Source of the DNA: Geosiphon pyriformis uo1 | Lineage: Eukaryota > Fungi > Glomeromycota | NCBI GenBank assembly: GCA_016748015.1 | Contig: JAAOMT010000570.1 | Span: 500,043 to 564,042 of the forward strand | Length of the DNA: 64,000 nt | Reading direction: 5' to 3' | Shown here: positions 24,561-37,131 of the stretch, one piece after another | Position numbering within the stretch: position 1 is the stretch's first letter | Layout of the letters: every line of letters begins with the position of its first letter | Notes under the pieces: generated by a model | What the model was told of the DNA's origin: nothing | Seen by the model: the letters and a program-made list of their open reading frames with translations, nothing else | Databases searched by the model: none | Program-made: the position numbers and the translations under genes

Positions 24561-27500
24561 GATATCTTCATTATTGTCACTATACCATTTCAACTCCTGT
24601 TCTTTGGAAAGGTCTGGCAGTGCAATATATTGTTCATATTTTGGGTCAGAATTTAAATCTGAGTTGGAATTGTCATCGTTGTTATTGCCAATTTGAATGG
24701 AGCTAGAACTGGTGTTTTTGTCATTATCATTGTTGGAGTTTGAATTGGGATCAAATGGTGATTCTAATTCCAATGTGCAGCTGCTGATTGATTCTTCTTC
24801 CTTTGGGATCATGTAAATTATGCAGATTGGTGAATTGTAAATGAGATTACACTCATTACAATATTGAAAGTCACATGGAATCAAGCAGTGGTTACATAAT
24901 TGAGTGTTTAGCTGTGCTAACTGCTCTTCCTGTTCCTCTCTGGTTGGTGCCAAATTTTGATAATGTTTGTGGAAGTCTTCTGGGTTGGTCTCAATGTCAA
25001 AAAAAGCATCTGAGTTTGAGACTAGGATAATATTGACTGGTTCTGGAGAATTGTTCTTGATTTCCAAGATTTTGCTGGACATAGCACCTTCTACTTTGGC
25101 ATTTGCCATCTGCCAGATCTTGTTTTCATTGTGTGGGTATCTGTCCAGGCAAGAAATCACTTGGTGCCAAGCGGCAGTTATTGGCATGCCATGACTTACC
25201 CAGTTGCTAATGAGAATCTTGTACTGGCACAAAGTGTCACACATTTCTCCTCAACCAGAAATGTTGTTCCACATTCCTTTGTCAAGCAACTGTTTGCCGC
25301 AAGTGAGACATGGTTTGTTGTCCCACTTGTCTTGTCTTTTTGGGTAGCCATACCATTTGCGGTGGCAAGGCTTACAATAATAGTGGGTTCGCATTTAGTA
25401 ATCTTTGTCTGGCGCGATCCAAGCTCCCATGGAAGAAAGTTTCTTCCCACAATTTTTGCATTTGAGTAGTATGTGTGGTGGTTGTGGTAGTGGCTCATAG
25501 ACAGAGTATAAACTTGTCCAGCCATTGGTTACTTGAAGTGTGTTGGTGGTTTGTTTAGGTGACTTGTTTTCCTCTTTTCCTTTCTCTTTTTCTTTCCAGC
25601 TGGTTGTCAGTGTGAATTTGCTTTTGTCATCTTTGTTTCAAGCATCGATAATGGTTTCCCAGGTATGTTCTTCTTTCTGCTTTCTTTTTCCATGGTCGTC
25701 TTTGTCCCAGGCAAGTATGGGCAGCAGTTCATTGTGGTCAATATTAGCCCATAAAACCTAATACACTTCTCATATTGGTTTCTTTGCTTCCTCCTCAAAT
25801 TCAATTAATGGCTGCAAGTTGGTTGGTTTAAAGTAACCATATACTGCTGGTGCCTGAGTATGTTGACCATTTTGGCTCAGTTGGAGCTCTTGTGTCATCC
25901 AATTGAGTATGGTGTTTGTTTTGGATAATCAAGTATTTCCAACAAGAGCTTGGTACTGAGTGGCTTCGATCACAAGAACTTTGATGGGTATCATGATGCT
26001 GTTAATTTCAATAGGTAGGTTGTCTATTTTGTCTATTGGAGTTTTGGTCACTTCATCAGTTGTAATGATCCTTGCACTGGCAGCTCAGTTAACTCAGTGA
26101 CCTAATTGATCTATGAGTTGCTTTATTATGATGCTGCCAGCTGATCCACTATCTAAAATCAGTTTGATGGTGTGGTCATCAATTTTGGCATCCATATACA
26201 TGGCGGTGATTGGCTTTTCTTCAAGAACTGCTCTACTAAACAATAGAATTTCGATTATTTCTTCCAAGTCAAAGGAAAAGATGGCCACAAGCAATTCGTT
26301 GTTGGTGACAGTTGCTGGTAGAATGTTGTTGGTAAGTGCTTGTTGTTGGTTGGATTCCGAATTGTTGGTGGTGGCATCTTTTGGAGTAACCAGGAGACTT
26401 AAATAGTTCTGGGAATTCAGGTTTTGGATGACACCAGTACCCAAATTCTGAGAACATGATCTTGATGGTGTGTGAAAAGAACTGGAGATCAGTTGGTAGA
26501 CAACTATTGCCGATCTCCAGTTTTGTTGTGTCATTTTTGGTCTTTGGGTTCCATGTTGAGGTAAGTTTTGGGGCAGTGTTTGAATGGTTTGAGGTTGATA
26601 GATTACTTGTGGCTATGGTTGATATATTACGGATGGCTACAGTTGATATATTGCTAGTAGCTGTGGTTGATAAACTGGGGTCTGATATATTGGTGCTTAA
26701 TAAATTGGCTGCTGCATCATTGGCAGGTAAGTGTTTTGGTATTGATCTTGATTTTGATATTGATTCTGGGTTTGGAATCGGGAATTGGGGTTTTGATGTT
26801 GATTTCCTGATCATCAGTTATAAGTGTTACAGTTGGCTCTTATGTGACCTTGTTTACCACAGTTGTGGCAGACATGCGTTTTCTACTGCCATGGTTGATT
26901 AATTGACGATAATAGATGTGCTTGATTTTGGAAACGATTGGCGTTTCCCTGATTACTGCATTTTTGGGGAGGTTGATTAATGGACTGATGGTTGTTAGCC
27001 AAGTATCCCTCAATTTTCTAATTGATGGTATCACTGATTTGCTTCAATTTGGAATTCAAATCAGATAATCCATTTATTACTAAATTTACAGCTTGAGTGT
27101 GGTTGGCTTCTAGCTCAGCTGATTCAAAATCTCTGGCATGTGTGACTGCGGCTTGAAGATTGGCTGGATGTAATGGGCGTATGTGTTGGAAAATGCTACT
27201 GCACAGGCCACAAATAAACTGGTTGAGGATCTGGGGTTCTGTGAAATACACAGCATTAATGGCTTGAATTTGGTGTAGAACTTTATAAAAGCATCCTAGG
27301 TATGTTGTGACTGCTTCAGTATTATTCTGTTTGATGGTGGTAAAAGTATTGACTAGACAATTAATACTGTTATTGTTGTTAAAATATCCCAGAAAGGCAG
27401 TTTTGAATTATTAGAATGTTTGTGGTCTGGCAGCTAAATTCTGGTACCAAGAATTAGTAGTTTCTTTGAGAAAGTATGGTATTGCCTGTAGGGCTCTGGT

Positions 27501-28670
27501 GTCATCCCAATTGTTTACTATGATGGCCTTGGAGACATTATTGATCCATGCTTGAGCATCGTCTTCTTTACCAGTAAAGTTTTCTAACTTTGCGATGGGT
27601 GCATAGGCTATTTGGTTTACGTTTAGTTGTTGTGGTGGCTGTTGTAGCAGTTGTTGTTGCAGTGGTGGTTGCTAAGATGGTTCTTGTGGCTGATGAATTT
27701 GCGGATTCAGTTGTTGAGATGGCTGCTGAATGGGTTTGACTATCAGATCAATTGGTGGGTAATCGATGACAATATTTGGAGGTACGTTTGGCTGATTAAT
27801 TAAATCGGGTTTCTGATTGTTTTGATTTTGCTGAGTTCTAATATTCGGAGTTTCAATTTCCAGATTTTCTATGTTCGGATTTTGCGGAGTTTGAATGTTT
27901 GGGGTTCCAAATTTCGAGTTTTCTGAGATCAGGTTTTGGTAAGTAAATCCTTGATCTTTACTTCCTTTCTCTTCTTCCTTTGATAATTCTCACGGAGTAG
28001 CAGCTTTGAAATCTGGTTGGGGTAGTAGTAATTGAATTCCTAATGGCATTGGGGATTGTAATTTAAATCCTTCAAAATACGCACCATATGGTTCTAGTAA
28101 GTCTTCTTTCTGTTGGTTGCTTTGGAACTGAAATCTTCCAAATGTTGATGTTGTATTTGATGTGGACACATCTGCTGATAAAATGTTAATGGCACTTCCA
28201 GGTATGTAGTGATATGATGGAGTGGTTGGTGATTCTACTCTGTGTTTCTTCCAACTAGGTAACTGTATTCCTTTTGGTGTTGCTACTGGTATTTGTATTC
28301 TTTTTTTACTTTTGTCTGCATAGGTAATGGGAAATTGTTGTTGTGTGTATCTTTTAATGGTTTGATTAATTTTCCTAATGATTGGGGCAAAACTGTAATT
28401 TCTTGGTAAACTGGTGTGTTGAAATAATTCTGTATAGAAATTTTCTCTTGCTGACTTGATATTAATAGTTCCTCCTAAACAGTCTTTAATTTTATTGTTG
28501 ACATAATAGTTGAAAGCTGATTCAGCTGGGTAGTGATTACTGTTTAATCCTAATTGTTGGTTGTATTGTTGAAACAAAAATTTTGCGAATCCTAAGTGGT
28601 TGGCTTCTATAATTTTTGATTCTGCCACATTTGGATGGTGTTGTTGACACTGGTTCTCTGTAGGATTATA

Positions 28671-28687
28671 CCTCACAGGGAGCACCA
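28671..28687 (-). promoter_or_regulatory. Primer-binding site of Gypsy B (TGGTGCTCCCTGTGAGG)
   Basis: Begins 2 nt after the 5' LTR with TGG; complement CCTCACAGGGAGCACCA resembles a tRNA 3' end (elongator Met or Ile-UAU type; unresolved). Confidence 0.85.
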
Positions 28688-28689
28688 AA

Positions 28690-29618
28690 TATTACAGGTA
28701 ATTTTTTGGGGTGGTAGTTGAATAGCAAACCCGTAACTTGGTGCTCAAAGCAATTAGTGCAGATAATGATCTAAAGGTATTTTATCTAAAGGTTTTCCAA
28801 TTAAGTTCTTTGTATAATGGACAGAGATTCAATGGTAATAGTTTATTAGTAGTTTTCTGAAACCATAGTTTCATCGATTGCTTGTTCAGCTTGATAATTG
28901 ATGATTCTCCTAGTATGATATTCTCCATAAGTATATACCAGTACTGTTTTCTAATGTCAGTTCTTCTGTAAGTCCTCCAAGAATAAGTATTGTTTAAGCA
29001 AGTTTATTCCTCTATAAGTTCTCCAAGAGTAAGTATTGTTTTAAGTAAGTTTTATTCCTTCATAAGTTCTCTAAGAGTAAATCCTTTAATCAAGTTTGTA
29101 GACAACAAAGAAAATACAGAAAAGATAAAAGAGAAAATAAAAAATAAGCCAAGGCAATTTGCAAGTTAGTATCTTGTTAATAGCCATGATCAAAAGTTAT
29201 TGTTCCAGTATGGTTAAGTATTAGCTACTATCAAGATAAAGTGTTGATAGTAAAGAATGAATTTGATATAACAAATAATTATTTATTTGAGGATTGTGGT
29301 AACTAAGCTAAGGATTCTTGGTGTCAATTCTGTTTTTTCTGCTTCTAACACTATTACTATATATACATATTTAAAATTCCTCAATTCTTCAATTTCTTGT
29401 GACAGGAATCCTGTGATTCCTGGAATTCTGCGATTCCTGATGAGAGGAATCCTGGAATTCTGGAATTCTGTGATTTCTCGCTGAAGAATCCTGAAATTCC
29501 TGGAATTCTGCAATTTCTCTGAGAGAAATCCTGGAATTCCATATTTACTATGTCTATTTTTGATTGGCTAATCTCTACTTGTTAATAATAATATACTTCC
29601 TCTATTCTATGAGTAACA
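28690..29618 (-). repeat. 5' LTR of Gypsy B
   Basis: Direct repeat of 19336-20192, about 70 bp longer because of extra short tandem units. Confidence 0.92.
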
Positions 29619-32600
29619 TCAGCCTTTAAACTAATAAGTGCACCTCCAAAGAGTGAGAGTACAAGCCAACCAAAAGAAAATCTTTTTTACACTTTTAACT
29701 TAATTGACAATAACCATGATATGAATAAACTGGCTATTAATTCCTTTGACTTAACAAGAAAGAAGAAGAAAACCAAAGTTGATTTTGTTCTAGATTCTAA
29801 CAAAGCCTTAATTTCTACTGCTAATAACAATAAACCACCAAAAGCCAAATTTTTTAAGAATCCTTCAAAGTTGGAACCTCTAAAAATAGCACAAAAATCT
29901 GGTTCTTATTCTGTTGTTAAAAACTTTATGAAAACACCTGTTCATATTATCTTTGGCCAGTTAATGACCCATTCCCAATTCAAAAAAGACCTTCACAAAT
30001 CTTTGATTCTCAAGAAAAAGACACCAAAGACCAACAAGCATCCATACCAAGCTGAACTTGCTGACAACAGCAATATTATCTCTTTTATTTGTAAAGCCCA
30101 AGTGGCTGGTTACTTTATTGATCTGATTCTGGATAGTAGATTATTTGTTAACATCATTGCCAAATACTTCTTAGAAGCAATTGGCAGAAAGATTGATGAA
30201 CCATCCACAAGACCAATGACCAACATACATGATGACAAAAAAAAGGGCTTGGTATAACCAAAGCTATTTCTGTTCACATCAATGGCATTAGTATTAAGAC
30301 TAACATAGAAGTATTTAAAACAAAAGAATACACTATTATTGTTGGCAATGAATGGCTTAAGAAGACAAAAGTCTTGCTTGATTATAAACTTTGTGAGCTA
30401 ACTATCAGATGTGGTAAAAAACCCATTGTGATTAAATGTTACTATTGGACAACTTTTTCAGTACCCAAGCAAAACCAAGAAAAAAAACAATCAGATAAAT
30501 CAGATGATGATGAGAGTGATGAAAAAGAAGATTAAGAAGAACAAAAAAAAACTGCTAAACTCATCTATACTATTTTCACCAGCAACAACAAGCTACTGGA
30601 CAATATTAAAGCTGACAAAGAAGAAATCATGGTAAATAGCAAGCTGATTTGCTGGCCCTACTATAATATCCTCAAAAAAATTTTTGATAGAAAACCTGAC
30701 AAGAAAGCAAAATACAGTTATTAGTAATATGGCCTTTGTGCCAGGTGCTGGTGCAATAAATCTTTGTATTCTTTTAGTGATGAATACAAGTTCTGTCTGA
30801 TCTATTACAAAGATTGGGAGTTAATTATTTTAATACCCAAAGAAGAATTAAAAGAAATACAGAAGTCTTTTGAGAATGAACTATTTGAAATCCAATTACT
30901 AGTTACAGAACAAAAAAAACCTTTTCCTAAAGAAAGAAAAGTGGACATTGAAAATCTGTTGGCCAGAAACAGCCCAGTTATCTCAAAAAAAGATAATATC
31001 TCTGGATGAACCCATGTAATACAACACACCATCACCACCAAAAAAACTTGTCCCATCTATTTGAAGTCTTATCAATCCAATTAATACAATGATAAGTTTA
31101 TCAAGAAAGAGATAAACCAGATAAAAGATCTTGAATTCATACAAGATACTAAGAGTAAATAGACTTTCCCAGTTGTAGTAGTATTCAAGAAAGATGGAAC
31201 CCTATGCTTCTGTGTTAACTACTGCTAATTAAATACTATTACTATAAAAGACATGTATCTACTCCCCAAAATTAATGCAATGTTAGATAAATTCAATAGT
31301 GCTGCTTTTTTTTTAATTATTGACTTAACTACTGAATTCTGACAAGTAAAGATGGATCTGAAAAGCAAAAAGAAAACTGCTTTTATTACCAAGTATGGCA
31401 TCTATAAATTCACAGTCATGTCTTTTGGTCTCACTAATGTTTCTTTCACCTTTTAATGCTTAATGGACAAAGTGTTTGAATTAGTAAAAAAAAACTTTGT
31501 TCTAGTCTACTTGGACAACATAATAGTATACTCAAAAACATGAGATGAACATTTTGAACACTTACAAAAAGTTTTTGACTTACTTAGAAATGCTGGTCTT
31601 AAGATCAACCCAATCAAATTTTTTTTTGGATGTTAATCCACCCAGTTCTTTGGTTATTTTATTATAAAAGATGGGATCTTCCTTGACTTAACTAAAGTTA
31701 AAAAAGTCCAGAACATTAGACAACCAATAAATGTTCTTAAACTATGCTTTTTCCTTGGTTTGGCTTCTTATTATCACAAATTTATTAAGGATTTCTCCAA
31801 AATTGTCTTTCTTTTTAATCAACTACTCAAGAAAAATGTCAATTATTAACAAAGCATTCATCAACAAAAAGCTTTTGAAATTTTGAAAAAAAAACTTGTT
31901 ATTGAACCAATTCTTAAGCAACCTAATTTAGACCAACCTTTTATTCTCCACACTGATACATTTGGCTATAGACTTAGTGCTGTCTTTTTACAGAAAGATG
32001 AAAATGACAGAGAACATGTCATAGTATATGCCAGTAGATTCTTTACACCAGCAGAAAAAAACTATTTAGTAATGGAACAAGAATGTTTAGCAGTAGTTTG
32101 GGTTACTAGTTACTGGAATCAATATTTTCTTGGTGTAAAATTCTTAATAGTAACAGATCATCAAGCCTTGGTTTGGCTGCACAATAAAAAAAAGCTAGAA
32201 CACAAACAAATAACTTGCTGGATACTTCATTTGAATAAATTTGACTATGATATTCAACACTACAAAGAAGCAAATTATTAAAATGCTGATGCTTCTTCTA
32301 AACTTACCATTCAGTAATAGTACAATCCTTAACCAAATCAACTTAATTATTAATAATACTCTTATAAACAAATACAATAATGGACTTGGACAACTATTTT
32401 GCCTTAATGGAATTTTTGGGTAAAGGACAATATCCACTAAAATACACTTGACAGCAAAGAAAACATTTGCACAAACAATCAAATTTCTATTTAATCTACC
32501 AGAACCAATTATATAAAAGAAACAGAAAAAATTCTAACTATTTCTAAAGGGTCATCAGATTTGAAAAAAGAGAAATTGTAATATACAACATGCATACTGA

Positions 32601-34357
32601 CTTATTAACTAGACACTTTGGAAAAACAAAAACAATTCAAAAAACCTTAGCTCACTATTATTAATCTATTTTAGAAAAAGATATTGCTAAATATATCAAA
32701 ACTTATAACATCTACCAAAGAAAAAACAAACTCAATTGCAAAGAAGATATTCATTCAATTTTTGTTGGTCAATTATTTGACAAAATTGGTATAAATGTTG
32801 TTGGATCTTTAACAATAACTTCTAATGGCAACAGATACATTATTACAGCTACTAACTATCTTACAAAATGGGTAGAAACAAGGGCCACTCCAAACTAAAC
32901 AGCAGTTTCAATAGCCAATTTCATTTATGAAGATATCATCTGCTATTATGGCTGCCCTAAAGAACTTTTATCTGATAGAGGAAGAGTTTTTCTCAATATA
33001 CTGGTTGAAGAACTTTGTAGAAAAATGGGAATACATTATAAACTTTTTTCTTCTTATTACTCTCAAACAAATGGTTTAATAGACCGTTTTAATAGAACAC
33101 TATGTGAAACCTTAGCCAAAACCAGTAAAGAAACAAACTTATGAGACAAAATACTACTTTCAGCTTTGTTTGCTTATAGAACTGTGAATCATGACATAAC
33201 AAGTTATAAACTTTTTTATCTGTTCTATGAACACATGGCAATACTACCAATAAAAACTGACAGTAAAACAATACCCTTTGAAGAAATCACAATAGAGAAT
33301 TATAAAGACATTTTGCAAAGAAAACTTGGTACTATTCTTAACTCCTTAGTAGAAGCACGAATAATTGCTTTTAAAAAAATAAAACAGTTGCAGGAAAAGC
33401 TTAAAAAGAAGAAAACCTATAAAATACTTTTTTAAGTGTTGGTAACTTGGTATTAAAATACTATTTAGACAGAAACAATGTCAATAATGATAAATTCTCT
33501 AATCAGTGGAAAAAACTCTTTATAGTCAACAAAGTTTTAAACAATAATTTTTATATTCTTTAAGATTAATTCAGAACAATCTTCAATGATTGTTCTGTTC
33601 ATAGTATACAACTCAAGAAATATTATAAATAACCTGATTGGTTGTCTGTTGTGGTAATACCAACCCAAATGATCAGCAAAAATCAAGTATAAATAAATGC
33701 ACTATTCCCAAAACAGAGGTATCTTTAATCAACATAAACAATTATTTTCTGAATCAAAACATTTAAAATGCTTTTTATATTCTCCATAAGTATTGGATCA
33801 AAAACTATCCAAATGCTACTCTGACCATTGGAAAACAAACCACTATAATTGATAACAGTAGAACACATACTGTTATTAGACCAAAAAAACCATTACCAAA
33901 AGAGAAAGAATTGGTAGCAAAATAGATAAATATCTGTTGAAAAGTATAACAGCAATTATACTCCTACTTTCCAACACAATTGGAAAAACACTCAAAAAAA
34001 TCTTACCCATAAACAAAAACTTGTCATATAGAAGGCAATTAGAACTTTATAGTTACTTTGATAAAATCATAGAGGATATAAAACTCATGAAAAAACAACT
34101 TTAAAGATGCAGGCAAAAATTTTGGGCATTATATGATTAAATGTTTTAAGAGTTTTAACTATTACTAGAAGAGCCAAAATTCTAATACAAAGATTTGGTT
34201 TTTTGGATACAAAACTTATTTTGTCTTAAGTATTATATACTCTATTCACAAAAAACTTCAACAAACTAGTTAGCTTTAAGTTAAATAAAACTTTTTAAAT
34301 AGATTATACCATGAATAGCTTAATTTCACCAGAACTTAATCTCTTTGGAAAGGATAA

Positions 34358-35025
34358 TATTACAGTTGAAACTTATACTTCTTATTAATTATCACATGTA
34401 TTAGCTATTGATATCATATAATTAGCCACTCTATTTTTAGATAGTAATCATTGACCTGATTAATAACTTGACTATTGACCTAGTTGTTAACCTAATTATT
34501 GATCATTTTTGATAGCTATATAAGTGATGAATTTCTTAGCTATAGAAAAACATGTAAGAATTAAAAAAATAAAATAACAACTTCATCTCAATTCTTCTTT
34601 TTTTACTAATTTCTCTTTCTCTAACTTTAAGTATCTGAACATTTTAGGATAAAAAACTACTTGTTGGTTATTTTCTATCTTTTTCCTGAAACATATAATT
34701 GTAACATTTGAAGATTATTAAATAAAATATAATTAAAGAATACATCTAATACCTAATATTGAATGCTAAGAGCACCGATATAAGGCATAGAATTATACCA
34801 GTGTGTAATCATTTGTTGACAATACAAATTATTCCTCTACCTTCAGATTTCCTGGTTATTTTTTGAAAAGTATAGTGACTAAAATATTTTATAAGACTAA
34901 TCTCACATATTAAATCTATACTTATTCAATTCACTCTTTAAAGTTGAATTCTCTTTGATTCCTTTCATTATCCTATAATTTGTTCTTCCTTGCTATCTAT
35001 TAACTTGTTACTCCAACTCATAATA
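34358..35025 (+). repeat. 3' LTR of Gypsy A
   Basis: Aligns with 17091-17744; TG/CA termini mutated to TA/TA; followed by TSD TTAT. Confidence 0.88.
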
Positions 35026-37131
35026 TTATGATTCAAGAATTTAATAAAATTATAAATAATATAAATTATTTAATTATAAAATAATAAAGTAATAATTTTA
35101 GAAAAGTAATAATTAATATAGCAATAATTACCAAATAATATTAACAGCAAGTATTATCTTATAATAACAATAAGTATTATTATATAATAACAACAAATAT
35201 TATTTTATAATAATAGTAAATACTATGTTAAAATATTAAAAAAAAGTATTATAATATGTTTTTTTATAAAATTACAAATATATATATATATAATAATTTT
35301 AATATAAAAAAAAACAACAATTCAACAAATTAATATTCTATTTTAATTATTTTTTAGTCTTTATTTTTAATAAATATTTAAAAAAATCTTTAAAAAAAAA
35401 GAATTAAGAATTAATATTAAAAACTAAATTATTATAATTAAAAATATTAAAAAACTCATTTGTATTATTTAAATAACATTATTATTTATTAACTGAATTT
35501 TTAAAAAAAATAATTCTTAATTAAAATTATTTATATTATTACTAATTAATAAAAACTTTGTTGTAAAAATTAAAAAAAATATTAAAAAATATTAATATTT
35601 TGTATTTTTAAATTAAAAAAACACTTAAGACAATAGTAAAAATAATTTCAAAGAAGATTTTATAATCACAAGTAGATTTTAAATTGGTTTTTTAAAAAAA
35701 ATATATAAATATACAGAATAATTAAAAATTAACTTATATTATAATATTAATAAAAAAGTTTTTAATATAATATAGTATTATTACACAAATAAAATTAAAA
35801 AACTTACAAAAAACTAATTGCAATTAAAATAAGAGTATTGATAATTAAATATACTAAAAAAACAAATCTGTAATATTAAATAATAATTTTTTTAAATATT
35901 TATATTAACATATTAAGTTTTAATAAACAAATTTAAATACTAATTTGGTATTAACTTTTTATATTGCTTTAACTTTTGACTATTTAGTAAAATTATTTAT
36001 AATAATAGCAATATATTTGTTGTTTTTAAATTTATAAATAATAGTTTAATTAAGTTAATTTTATTTTTATTAAATAGTTGTTTAACTTTAATTGTTTTTA
36101 ATAGTTTATTTGATTTTATTTTTTCTTTTTTTTTTAGTAAACATTATAATTTTGTATATATTAAATTATATTTGAATACATATTTAATTAATAATACAGT
36201 TTTTTGGTTTTTTTTATTATTGTTTTATAATTAAAATATTTTGTTATTAAATATAAATATATATTAAACAAAATTGTTATTTTTTTGGTTTTATAATTAT
36301 TTTTAAAGAGTTGTTTGGTTTTTATTAATTTTTTTAATATGATATATTCTAATAAATAAAATAATATTTTATTTGATAATATATTTTATTTGTTTATTCT
36401 AAGATTATTTTTCTTTAAATTATTAAATATTAATATATTAATATAATTTTTAATAAGTTTGATTGTTTATTTTGTTGAATTTTTAATAATAAATAATTTG
36501 AATTTTTTATATTTGTTTTATTTGTAATAAACAATTAGTATTTTTATTTTTATAATAAATTTGTATTTAAATAACAAGAATATAATTTTTTATTTAGTGT
36601 TTTTATTGTTTATTAGTTTTTTTTTGTAGTAATATCAACTTTTTATAATTTAAATAAACATTAAATTCTTTGTAAAAATATTTTTTTTACTTTAAAATAA
36701 TTTAATATATTATTAAATATATTAGTATTAAGATTTTATAAGTTTATTCAGTTAAATTTAAGCTTTAATTAACATATATTACTGAATATTTTCATTTATT
36801 TAATTTTTATTGTAATAATACTTCTTTCAATACTGTTTTAATTATAATATTATAAAATAATAATCTTAAAAAAATAATAATTTACATAATAATATTTATT
36901 AAATAATAATAATAGTAAATATTATCATATAATAACAATAAATATCATAATATAATAGCAACAAATACTATTTAAAACTATTTAAAATAGAGTATTATAA
37001 TATGTTTTTTTGTAGAATTACAAATATATATATAAAATAGTTTTAATATTAAGAAAAATTATTTTTATATTTATTATTTTTTAGTTTTTACTTTTAATAA
37101 ACAATAATTTTTTTAATAATAAATAAAAAAT

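Larger units (their letters stand above)
19336..29618 (-). mobile_element. Ty3/Gypsy LTR retrotransposon B nested in A, with dUTPase, degenerate
   Basis: LTRs 28690-29618 (5') and 19336-20192 (3'), TSD TCAG (19332-19335/29619-29622), PBS at 28671-28687, PPT AAAAGGAGGGAATAA; order gag - PR (KLILDSGSAGSII) - Cys-rich - dUTPase - RT (MDYRKLN, MPFGLTN) - RH (TTDVS, ELEHLAIYWA) - IN (SDQGTHF, QTNGLVERFN) - ORF3. Confidence 0.95.
17091..35025 (+). mobile_element. Ty3/Gypsy LTR retrotransposon A (about 7.6 kb once nested B is removed), degenerate
   Basis: LTRs 17091-17744 and 34358-35025, TSD TTAT on both sides, decayed PBS TGGTGTTCTCTGTAAAA after the 5' LTR, PPT GGAAAGGATAA before the 3' LTR; order gag (CCHC ~19145) - PR (LILDS ~30120) - RT (YLDNI ~31510) - RH (LHTDT, EQECLAVVW) - IN (~32590-33640). 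Confidence 0.93.

Noticed and set aside
29283-29513. Overlapping ORFs with repetitive RILQ/GILEF peptides
   Set aside because: They lie inside the B LTR tandem repeats and are not preserved in the sister LTR.
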